Source: an uncultured Rhodospirillaceae bacterium
GTDB taxonomy: Bacteria; Pseudomonadota; Alphaproteobacteria; Rhodospirillales; Magnetospirillaceae
Length of the DNA stretch: 64,000 nucleotides
Assembly: GCA_903899885.1 (NCBI GenBank)
Contig: CAIULK010000014.1
Span: 18,362-82,361 of the forward strand
Direction: 5' to 3'
Shown: piece after piece, positions 45,749 to 53,578 of the stretch
Numbering within the stretch: position 1 is the first letter of the stretch
Layout of the letters: every line of letters starts with the position of its first letter
Translations under genes and position numbers: made by a program
The notes under the pieces: generated by a model
What the model was told of the DNA's origin: nothing
Database searches by the model: none
The model's input: the letters and a program-made list of their open reading frames with translations, nothing else

Positions 45749-47561
45749 ATTCCCTCCCCCTAATCGGGGGCATGTTCTGCCCCTTCCCGGCCGATATTGT
45801 TCCGTCCTTGCCCGAAAACGCCGCATGAACCATCCGCGCCCAGCCGCGTAAATCACGCCCGCCCGCGATCCATTGCGAAACGGGGGTGAAAAAGCCGGTT
45901 TTGCGCCGCGTCCGCATCTCCTCGGGGACAAGGGCGGCGGCGCACGCGGCCATGTCGCTTTTGGAAGGCGGGCGAGGCCCGGCCAGCATCGGTGCCAAGG
46001 TCCGATACAAGACGGAATCGACCAGCGGCACCCGGATCTCCAGGGAGTGGCTCATTCCGGCCCAGTCCGCGTCTCGTAATAGCTGATTGCGCATGTAGAA
46101 GCTGGTTTCGAGCCGGGTCACGGCGAGCCGGCCCGAAGGCAAGCCGGACACCGCTTTGGTCAAACGTTCGCGCATCGCCAACCGCGCCCAACCGGTCCGG
46201 ACAAGATCGGCGTCCAGAACGCCGGGCAGTTCCCACGGCATCATCAGACCGCGCCGCAATAGATAGGCGTCGCCGGTACGGGTGCCCAATTCCAGGAGCC
46301 CAGCCATCTTGGGCGACGCGAAGCGCCCGATCCATCCGGCGGTCACCATCCGCAATCCCCGTCCCAGCGCGGGCACGCGCCCGAACGGCCTGAGCATCCG
46401 CGCAAGACGGGGCACCTGACGGAAGGTGTCGTAACCGGCGAACAGTTCATCGCCGCCCAGCCCGGACAGCACCGCCTTCAGTCCCGTCCGGGCGGCGGCT
46501 TGCGATACGAACCATGTGTTGACGCCGTCGATGCTGGGTTGATCCATCGCGGCCAAGATATCGTTTCGAGCGGCGGCGAAATCAGCGGCGGCGATTGTGG
46601 TGGTGACATGCTCCGAGCCGATCCGCCGCGCCATGGCCTCGGCCAGCGGAGCCTCGTCGCAAGGCCCGCCGCGAAATTCGTCGAAGGCCAGGGTGATGGT
46701 CCTGGGCGGACGACCGGCCAAGGCGCCGATGGTGGCGGAATCCAGACCGCCCGATAGGAACAGCCCCACCGGCACGTCCGCCGTCAAATGACGGGCGACG
46801 CTGTCGGCCAAGGCCGCGCGCAGACGGTCCGGATCGAACGGCTGGGGCGCCGCCGCCGCCTCGACCAGCAGCGCGCCGAGATCGAAGAAACACTCCTCGC
46901 GGCGGGTTCCATCCGCGCCGATCCACAGCGTCGAGCCCGGCGGCAGCGCGGTGATGCCGCGATACAGCGTGAACGGCTCGGCGACATGGCCTAACAGGAA
47001 GAACGAGACATGCCCGGCGGGCTCGGGCGCGGTATCGACGGCGCCGCCCGCCAGCAGCGCCTTGACCTGCGACGCCACCCGCAGCGTCCGCCCGTCATCG
47101 GCGAGATAAAGCGGCTTGATGCCGAAAGGATCGCGGGCCAGCAACAGCCCCCGCCGCTCACCATCCCACAGCGCGAAGGCGAACATTCCGCGCAGACGGC
47201 CGACCATGGCGCTGCCATGCCGACGATACAGCGCGAGGATTACCTCGGTATCGCTTTGCGAGCGAAAGGGTATTCCGTCCTGCTCCAACTCTTGGCGCAG
47301 CTCGGCGAAGTTGTAGATCTCGCCGTTGAAGACCACGACATGTCTTCCGTCGGCACTTGCCATGGGTTGGGCGCCGAGCACGCTGGTATCGATGATCGAT
47401 AGCCGCCGATGGGCGAGCCCCACCCGCCCGTGATCGAGAAGAAGGCTACCGGCGCCATCGGGCCCGCGCGGGCGCATGGCGTCGCGGACCGTATCCAATT
47501 CGCCGGGGCTGACGGGCGGGGCATCCGGTCGGTAAGCGAAGATCGCGGCCAATCCGCACAT
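45747..47561 (-). CDS. Asparagine synthase (glutamine-hydrolysing) family amidotransferase, second copy
   Basis: It has the nucleophile 'MCGLAAIF' and the PP-loop 'LFLSGGLDSA'. Confidence 0.9.
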   Translation of the reverse strand: MCGLAAIFAYRPDAPPVSPGELDTVRDAMRPRGPDGAGSLLLDHGRVGLAHRRLSIIDTSVLGAQPMASADGRHVVVFNGEIYNFAELRQELEQDGIPFRSQSDTEVILALYRRHGSAMVGRLRGMFAFALWDGERRGLLLARDPFGIKPLYLADDGRTLRVASQVKALLAGGAVDTAPEPAGHVSFFLLGHVAEPFTLYRGITALPPGSTLWIGADGTRREECFFDLGALLVEAAAAPQPFDPDRLRAALADSVARHLTADVPVGLFLSGGLDSATIGALAGRPPRTITLAFDEFRGGPCDEAPLAEAMARRIGSEHVTTTIAAADFAAARNDILAAMDQPSIDGVNTWFVSQAAARTGLKAVLSGLGGDELFAGYDTFRQVPRLARMLRPFGRVPALGRGLRMVTAGWIGRFASPKMAGLLELGTRTGDAYLLRRGLMMPWELPGVLDADLVRTGWARLAMRERLTKAVSGLPSGRLAVTRLETSFYMRNQLLRDADWAGMSHSLEIRVPLVDSVLYRTLAPMLAGPRPPSKSDMAACAAALVPEEMRTRRKTGFFTPVSQWIAGGRDLRGWARMVHAAFSGKDGTISAGKGQNMPPIRGRE

Positions 47562-47595
47562 GAGCGGTCCTTGCGTTCGTCCGGAAAACGCGAAT

Positions 47596-48207
47596 TCACG
47601 CCTCGGCGCGGACCCGCTGGATCAAATAAGCCCCGACCAAGTGATCGATCACCATGTGCATATCCTCGACCGGGCCGTATTCGCCCTTGTCCGTGCCGAT
47701 ATGGATGATGACATCGCCCAGGGCCGCCGCCTTCCCGCCGTCGAAGCCGGTCAACGCCACGGTCGGATTACCGCGCGCGCGCGCGAATTCCAGCGCCTTG
47801 ACGATATTGGGCGAATTCCCCGACGCCGAAAGCGCCACCACCATGTCGCCCGGTTCCAGCAACACCTGAAGCTGTCGGACGAAAATCTGGTCGTAGCCAT
47901 CGTCATTGGCGATCGCGGTGATCACCGCGATATTGTCGCCCAGGCTGACCGCCTTGAAGGGCCGGTCGCCGGCGCGGGTGCCGATGGCGATGTCGTTGGC
48001 GAAGTGCGAGGCGGTGGCGGCGCTGCCGCCGTTGCCGCAAAAAAAGATATGCCGCCCCGCCGCCCGAGCCTCCAGCAGCAATTCGATGAATCGGCCGACC
48101 GCCGGGATATCCAGTGCGGCCAACAGGTCGCGCAGATGCTCGACATAACCGGCGGCGAAACCGGACGGATCGGAGTGGCGGGCGAAAAGGGCATCAAGCG
48201 GATTCAT
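47596..48207 (-). CDS. SIS-domain sugar-phosphate isomerase (GmhA/sedoheptulose-7-P isomerase-like)
   Basis: The motifs 'IFFCGNGGSAATASHFANDIA' and 'VALSASGNSPN' are present. The ORF-track N-terminal extension is rejected. Confidence 0.75.
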   Translation of the reverse strand: MNPLDALFARHSDPSGFAAGYVEHLRDLLAALDIPAVGRFIELLLEARAAGRHIFFCGNGGSAATASHFANDIAIGTRAGDRPFKAVSLGDNIAVITAIANDDGYDQIFVRQLQVLLEPGDMVVALSASGNSPNIVKALEFARARGNPTVALTGFDGGKAAALGDVIIHIGTDKGEYGPVEDMHMVIDHLVGAYLIQRVRAEA

Positions 48208-48244
48208 CGGAAAAAAGGCGGGGATTCCTCCCCGCCCGTTCGCT

Positions 48245-48451
48245 TTACATGGCCGGCTTCGGCTTGTTCCACGAGCAATTCGCCTTCGAGGCGCGCGGGT
48301 CGCCATAGGTGCCGTCGGCGTTGGCTTGCTGGGTGAAGGAAACCGACCCGTCAGGCATGCACACCGGATCGAGGAACGAGCCTTGAGGTTCGGCCCGGCC
48401 GGAGCAGGCCGCGAGAAGCAGGGCAAAACCCAGCGCGGTGACGATTTTCAT
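48245..48451 (-). CDS. Small lipoprotein (68 aa)
   Basis: It has the lipobox 'LLAAC' and a strong RBS (GGGAGA) 8 nt upstream. Confidence 0.6.
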   Translation of the reverse strand: MKIVTALGFALLLAACSGRAEPQGSFLDPVCMPDGSVSFTQQANADGTYGDPRASKANCSWNKPKPAM

Positions 48452-48560
48452 GAGTCAATCTCCCTGACAGAAATGAAGCTTACGAGTTGTTAATTCTGCC
48501 AGAGCGGCGGAATTTGTCCAGAGTGGACTCCGCCACCGCTAGCCGCCGGACCTCATCCGC

Positions 48561-50381
48561 TCAATATTTGAATTGGGCTGCCCGCTCGAAACCGGTGAAC
48601 GGCCACGTTGCAAGCGTCGTCCAGCCATCCGGACCGCGCGCCAGCAAACTGGCCGCTCGCTCCTTGGGCGGAAATCCCAAGGCTTGGGCGACCGCGGGCG
48701 AAGACGACAGCACAAAGGCGTATGGTACCGCCGGATTGGCCAGAAGAAGCGCGACCGAGGCGGGTGACGCGAAGGCCGAAATGCCGGGCGCCGGGTGATA
48801 CCGAACCCCCAGATTCCATTTAAGGAAGTTGTCCATGAAGCCGGATCCCTCGGGATCGACCATCATCACCCTCGAACCGGGCGGCAAAAGCGCCGTCAGA
48901 TCCGGGGTCAGCGACCGCACGAAATTCTTCACCGGGTGCCAGTCGAAGCGCAGAACCGGCACCGCCGCCACCGGCACCGCCACCACGAGACCGATCGCCA
49001 AGATACCGAAAGCCGCCGTCAGGCGCGCCGACGGCCGCATTTTCAAGCCCGACAGCCATGCCGCAGCAGCCGCCAGTTCGAATCCGCCCAACTCGGTATG
49101 GTATCGCCAGAACGATGCCGCCGAAGAGCTTTCATAGTCGGTGTAGACCGCCAGATAGACCCACAGCAGAAATCCCGAGAAGCCGATCACCGTCACCGCG
49201 AACAACACCGCGAGACGCTCGGCGGGCACAACCCCGCGCGACAGCGCGCGGCCCGCCACACCGGCCAGAATCAACGCCAGCCCGAAATAGCCCCCCTTGT
49301 TTACCACCACCAACCCGATGCTGTGCAGGGTTTGCCCCATCAGGGCCCAATGCCACTGGGCGAAGGCCATCGGATGTTGCTCGCCGCCGCCAATCTCGGC
49401 GACTCGAACCCGCCAAGCCAGCGCCACCAGTCCAGCCGCCGCCGCCGCCAGCAGCAACGGCCCGATCCGGCGTGGCGCCAAGACAAGCGCGCCGGCGCCC
49501 AACAGCAGCAGAAACACCAGATTGGCCTGTTTGATGAGAATCAGGATCGTCGCCGCGGCCGCCAACTGGATGATCAGCCCGATCCCGACGGGCCGTTCCC
49601 CCTCCAGACAGCGGGCGGCCAGCATCGCCGTGAAGGCCAGAGCCACCGCGGTCGCGCAATCGGCGTAATTCGACAAGACCAGCTTGGGCACGAAGGTCGG
49701 CGACAGCAGTGTCGCGAAGGCCAAGCCCAGCGCGGCGGCCCGCCATCCGACCCGTTGGTTCGGCCGAACCAGTGAAATCAGCGCCAGTCCCAAACTGGCC
49801 AATAGCAACATATTGAAGCGGTTGCCGGTGGTATCGGCGATGCCGCCGGCCAGTCGGCTGACGAAGTAGCCGACGAACGCCGTTACATAGGGATAGGCCG
49901 GAAAAACACTGTCCGATGGCGGCAGGCCAACGCCTGGGAAATGGTCGGTCCACAGCAGATAGCGCAAATTCGGCAGCCATTGGGCGAAATCATCGTTTTC
50001 CGAGGGTTGCATCGACAGCGTGACCAGCAGCAACGGCACCAGCAGGATCAATATCCGCCCCGCCCCTGGCGCCAGCAGCGGTTGTTTACGGCGCCACAGC
50101 ACCGCCCCCGCGGCCAATGCGGCCACCGCCACGATAATGGCCAAAACGGTGAACGGAATCCCGGTCAGCCCGCCCACCACGACCAGGAACGACGCCACCA
50201 CGCTCCACCCGACCAGCAAATCGGCCTCGGGCATCGTCCGGGAATCGTTTCCGATGGATCGTAAGACCGCCCCGATGGCCGTAAATCCGCCCACGACCGG
50301 AATCAACGCCAACGCCTGGGCGACCTGAAGCGTCGAGGGAACAAGATCGCGCATGACGGCGGGAGACAGCATCCAGGTCAT
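48561..50381 (-). CDS. Polytopic membrane protein, GT-C-like
   Basis: There are more than 12 TM segments. The acidic loop motif 'MQPSENDDFAQWLPN' is present, and there is a soluble C-terminal domain. Confidence 0.55.
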   Translation of the reverse strand: MTWMLSPAVMRDLVPSTLQVAQALALIPVVGGFTAIGAVLRSIGNDSRTMPEADLLVGWSVVASFLVVVGGLTGIPFTVLAIIVAVAALAAGAVLWRRKQPLLAPGAGRILILLVPLLLVTLSMQPSENDDFAQWLPNLRYLLWTDHFPGVGLPPSDSVFPAYPYVTAFVGYFVSRLAGGIADTTGNRFNMLLLASLGLALISLVRPNQRVGWRAAALGLAFATLLSPTFVPKLVLSNYADCATAVALAFTAMLAARCLEGERPVGIGLIIQLAAAATILILIKQANLVFLLLLGAGALVLAPRRIGPLLLAAAAAGLVALAWRVRVAEIGGGEQHPMAFAQWHWALMGQTLHSIGLVVVNKGGYFGLALILAGVAGRALSRGVVPAERLAVLFAVTVIGFSGFLLWVYLAVYTDYESSSAASFWRYHTELGGFELAAAAAWLSGLKMRPSARLTAAFGILAIGLVVAVPVAAVPVLRFDWHPVKNFVRSLTPDLTALLPPGSRVMMVDPEGSGFMDNFLKWNLGVRYHPAPGISAFASPASVALLLANPAVPYAFVLSSSPAVAQALGFPPKERAASLLARGPDGWTTLATWPFTGFERAAQFKY

Positions 50382-50531
50382 CGGTTGTCCTTAACCATGG
50401 TGGGAATGCGGCATCCAACCGGTCGCCGGGCCGCGCCGCAACAAAAAAGAATCCCCCAAGAGGGACACGCGATCATCCGGTCCCGCCGTCGCGGATCAAG
50501 TTTTGAAAGGATCGGCGGGCAGTAAGGCCGT

Positions 50532-50747
50532 CACTGGTGTTCCCGTGGCATTGGTGCCGTTTCGTCACCGTGACCGACGGTCACTACTGCCGCGTTGGCA
50601 CCGGTGTCATCGCGTCATGCGTGTAAACGCGGCAGTCGTGCCGATTTACGCCTATTTCCTACATTTCCCCTGCGTATGTTCCATTCTATGCGTGACCGCA
50701 TCACACTAGTGCCACCGCTACACTATTGCCACTTTCTCACTGGTGTT
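50532..50747 (+). repeat. Five copies of CACT-N2-TG-YY upstream of parA; candidate centromere/operator repeats
   Basis: The copies are cactggtgtt (50532), cactactgcc (50582), cactagtgcc (50704), cactattgcc (50721) and cactggtgtt (50738). Iteron-like ATGCGTG half-sites also occur at about 50617 and 50688. Confidence 0.3.
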
Positions 50748-50803
50748 TGATCGGCAGTGATGATAGCGTGCCGCGCGTCGATTTGCCGGAAAGGACCGTT
50801 GCC

Positions 50804-51496
50804 ATGGCCATGATCATCACCGTCGCCAACGAAAAGGGCGGCGTCGCGAAAACCACCGCCTCGTGCGAACTGGCTCTGCTCGCACAGCACAACGGCTACA
50901 AGACCGTGCTGATCGATACCGATCATCAGCAGGGGGCAACCAAGTTCAAATTGCGCCGCGATCAAGTGAGCGCCGAATTGCCGCCGCTGCGCGTCGTGCC
51001 CATCGTCGGTAAATCAGTCGGGTCGCAAATCGTTGATTTCGCGCGTGAAAACGACATTGTCGTGGTCGATGCGGGTGGCCGTGACAGCCAGGAGATGCGG
51101 CTTGCCATGTTGGTCTCGCACTTGGTGCTAATTCCGACGTCCGAGGGTGACGCCGATACCGACGGTTTGAACAAGATGGCGATGCTGATCAACGAAAGCC
51201 GGCTGCGGAATCCCGAGCTGAAGGCTTGGATCATGCCGGCCCGCATTCCGCCGACCAATTTTGGCGCGACCCGCGCCTTGATCGAGGAAGAACTGAATAA
51301 ACCGATCGATCCCTCGGTGCCGAACGAGCGTATCCGCGACGTGCTCGGCACGGTGACCCGCTGTTTTCTTGTTCAGCGTTCAGCCTATAAGACGGCCTAT
51401 GGATGGGGGCGCAGCGTGCGCGAGATGGACGGCCGCGATCCCAAGGCGGCAAGCGAGGTTCAGGCGTTTTATCAAGAGGTTGTCGATCATGGCTAA
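50804..51496 (+). CDS. parA: ParA-family partition ATPase (small, type Ib-like)
   Basis: It has the deviant Walker A 'ANEKGGVAKTT' and is about 230 aa long. Confidence 0.9.
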   Translation: MAMIITVANEKGGVAKTTASCELALLAQHNGYKTVLIDTDHQQGATKFKLRRDQVSAELPPLRVVPIVGKSVGSQIVDFARENDIVVVDAGGRDSQEMRLAMLVSHLVLIPTSEGDADTDGLNKMAMLINESRLRNPELKAWIMPARIPPTNFGATRALIEEELNKPIDPSVPNERIRDVLGTVTRCFLVQRSAYKTAYGWGRSVREMDGRDPKAASEVQAFYQEVVDHG

Positions 51497-51911
51497 GGCA
51501 CCGCCGATGGTTAACGCGGGGGCGATTACGGTTGGTGGTGATCGCTTGCGGCGCGATTTTTCATCGCGTCCCTTGCCGACGGTGGATCCTGATCCCGATA
51601 CCAACCAGGATATCGCGCGGTTGGTCGGGGGGGCACCGGTCCGCACCGATGACACAACGGCACCACTGCCACACACGCCAGCGGCGACACCAGTGCCACC
51701 AAAAGCGTCACGAGCGCAGCCGCGATTTTATCTAATCGACGAGGATATCGCGCGGATCAAGGCGGAAATCGCTAATTTTCGCCGCTATACCGGCGAGGAC
51801 GCCAGCCCGTCGCGGGTGATCCGAGCGGCGTTGAAAGCGTTCGGTGATGAGCTGTCCGGTCAAGACCGCGCGAAGCGGATGGGCCTGATTCCCGACGGAC
51901 GGCGCAGATAA
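51489..51911 (+). CDS. Ribbon-helix-helix centromere-binding partner (ParG-like)
   Basis: It overlaps the parA stop. A disordered N-terminus is followed by the C-terminal 'RFYLIDEDIARIKAEI...SRVIRAALKAF', which gives a beta-alpha-alpha pattern. Confidence 0.5.
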   Translation: MAKAPPMVNAGAITVGGDRLRRDFSSRPLPTVDPDPDTNQDIARLVGGAPVRTDDTTAPLPHTPAATPVPPKASRAQPRFYLIDEDIARIKAEIANFRRYTGEDASPSRVIRAALKAFGDELSGQDRAKRMGLIPDGRRR

Positions 51912-52185
51912 GCCGCAAGGGCGACTCAACCCGTTGTTTCCGATCGGTTTTTCTACGGCAATGTCCCAGCTTATGCGCCCAACATATTGAATCCCTTGTG
52001 GGAATCCCGCTTGTGGCGCAGCGGGGCGTTTGGTACCGGATATTGTGGGTCGAGGGGTCTCAATGTCCCCGATTATGCGTGGAACGCCGGGCCAAACTCC
52101 GTTCTTGATGGAAAATTCTTTCGGATGTCGCCGTTTATGCGGATGAGGGTGGTGAAGCGATCCGGTGTCTAGCAGACCCTATCGG

Positions 52186-52220
52186 AGTTTTTTTAGTATA
52201 AGGAAATAACTATAGGTATG
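52186..52220. promoter_or_regulatory. AT-rich patch; candidate DNA-unwinding element
   Basis: The sequence 'agtttttttagtataaggaaataactataggtatg' lies inside an otherwise GC-rich region, flanked by iterons. Confidence 0.4.
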
Positions 52221-52234
52221 TGACCCGGATTATG

Positions 52235-52243
52235 CGTGGATAA
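52235..52243 (+). promoter_or_regulatory. DnaA-box-like site CGTGGATAA (8/9 match to TGTGGATAA), fused to an iteron
   Basis: Read directly from the sequence. This is a pattern match only. Confidence 0.35.
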
Positions 52244-52366
52244 GGACGCGTTTTATCCCGGATTATGCGGACTTGACTGTCGGAAAGAGACTCGGATTAT
52301 GCGGAGATTGGTCCCCAGTTATGCGTGGCTTTTCTCCCATTATTCTCGTCCTTATCCTCGATTATG

Positions 52367-52375
52367 CGTGGATAA
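52367..52375 (+). promoter_or_regulatory. Second DnaA-box-like site CGTGGATAA, fused to an iteron
   Basis: Read directly from the sequence. This is a pattern match only. Confidence 0.35.
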
Positions 52376-52400
52376 GTCCAGCGGGAAGGATGGGGTCGCA

Positions 52401-52455
52401 CGCATAATCCGGGACATCGGGGCCGGTTCTCGAATCAAATGTCCCGGATTATGCG
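52401..52455. promoter_or_regulatory. Perfect 17-bp inverted iteron pair (CGCATAATCCGGGACAT-N21-ATGTCCCGGATTATGCG); candidate repA operator
   Basis: The arms are 52401..52417 and 52439..52455, exact reverse complements. The pair ends 20 bp upstream of the putative repA -35 box. Confidence 0.7.
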
Positions 52456-52474
52456 TATCCGAATGATTCAAGGG

Positions 52475-52502
52475 TTGAACCCACCACAACATCTAGTAAT
52501 TA
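52475..52502 (+). promoter_or_regulatory. Candidate repA promoter TTGAAC-N16-TAATTA
   Basis: This is a pattern match about 60 nt upstream of the repA ATG. Confidence 0.3.
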
Positions 52503-52559
52503 TTGGCGACCGAGGGTGAATATCCTGTGATGGCACGCGGATAGGCGGGCAGGGAACGG

Positions 52560-53576
52560 ATGATGAGCGCAAAGCTGGCGAGGACGGCGTTGGCCGACGA
52601 TCAGGGACGGACGATACATTCGCAACTGGAATTGTTCGGTCTCGATACGTGCCTGGAGATGATGCGTACCGACCGCGCGCTCCCCGCCACCGTGGTCGTG
52701 GCGCGGCAGAGACAACTCACCGCCGCGCATCGTGTGATGTGCGAGGATTCCATCGAGGATGTTTCGTTCCTGCATGCCGGTCTGTGCCAAACCTCGTTGC
52801 CACATTCGCGTCCGGCGGCCAATAACGAGCCCTGGCAACGCAGCAACGGCCGTTTCCATCTGGTCGTTGAACCCGGCACGGTGATCGATCCGGCGACCGG
52901 GCGGGCGGCTTGGGTGGGCGTGCCGTTCGGCACCCGGGCGCGGTTGATCATGCTGTATCTGAATCGGCACGGCACGCGCGGACGGCGGGTGCATCTGGGC
53001 AATTCGATGACCGACTGGATGGACCGGTTGGGGATCAAGGCGACCGGCGGCAAGAATGGCAGCATCCGGGCGGTCAAGGAACAGTCGGTGCGGTTGGGCC
53101 GCGCCCGCTTCTCGTTGCAGTTCGAGAACCCGGAAACCGGCGCGTTGGGAATTTCCGACACGCAGTTGGCCGACCACCTGCATCTGTGGGTCACCGATGC
53201 CGAAGGGCCGTGGCTTGAGGAAATCGAACTGACCGAGAAGTTTCACGAGCATCTGCGCGAGCATGCGGTGCCGCTCAGCGACGGGGCAATCTCGTATTTG
53301 TCGGGCTCGAGCCTGAAGCTTGATCTTTATGCCTGGGCCGCGTGGCGGCTGCCGCGCCTGGAGCGCAGTTTGCGCCTGAATTGGACCCAGGTCGCGGCCA
53401 CCTTTTCGGCGGCCGGCGAAGCCAACAAGGTGGCCGCCAAGGTGCGCGAGGCGTTGGTTGATGTGCAGACGGTCTACCGCGATATGAAGATCGAGACCGC
53501 GCGGCACGGGCTGTTGCTGCATCCGTCGAAACCGCCGATCCCGCGCACGCTGATTCAAGTGGGCGGCAAACGATAA
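52560..53576 (+). CDS. repA: Replication initiator protein A (alphaproteobacterial plasmid RepA type)
   Basis: The motifs 'SFLHAGLCQTSLPHSR', 'GVPFGTRARLIMLYL' and 'LKLDLYAWAAWRLPRL' match my memory of this family. The gene is adjacent to the iterons. Confidence 0.8.
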   Translation: MMSAKLARTALADDQGRTIHSQLELFGLDTCLEMMRTDRALPATVVVARQRQLTAAHRVMCEDSIEDVSFLHAGLCQTSLPHSRPAANNEPWQRSNGRFHLVVEPGTVIDPATGRAAWVGVPFGTRARLIMLYLNRHGTRGRRVHLGNSMTDWMDRLGIKATGGKNGSIRAVKEQSVRLGRARFSLQFENPETGALGISDTQLADHLHLWVTDAEGPWLEEIELTEKFHEHLREHAVPLSDGAISYLSGSSLKLDLYAWAAWRLPRLERSLRLNWTQVAATFSAAGEANKVAAKVREALVDVQTVYRDMKIETARHGLLLHPSKPPIPRTLIQVGGKR

Positions 53577-53578
53577 GA

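Larger units (their letters stand above)
51961..52456 (+). repeat. Iteron array of a plasmid/chromid replication origin (consensus about ATGTCCCGGATTATGCGTGG)
   Basis: The TTATGCG core occurs at 51971, 52073, 52230, 52263, 52297, 52319, 52362 and 52449, with one inverted copy at 52401. Degenerate copies lie at about 52036 and 52333. Spacings in the tight cluster are 33, 34, 22 and 43 bp. Confidence 0.85.

Noticed and set aside
51987-52466. Two ORFs (51987..52172 and 52236..52466) lying inside the repA-proximal non-coding region.
   Set aside because: They are built from the iteron repeats themselves: 'RIMR', 'GLCG' and 'DYAW' recur because TTATGCG repeats are being translated. They have no RBS. 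The region is better explained as the replication origin.
53577-53578. The 2-nt spacing between the convergent repA and GT9 stops, and the 12-nt spacing at 31307..31318, considered as missing bidirectional terminators or assembly joins.
   Set aside because: Both flanking ORFs are full length with intact C-terminal motifs. Tight convergent packing occurs elsewhere in this window. Nothing in the sequence itself indicates a chimeric join.
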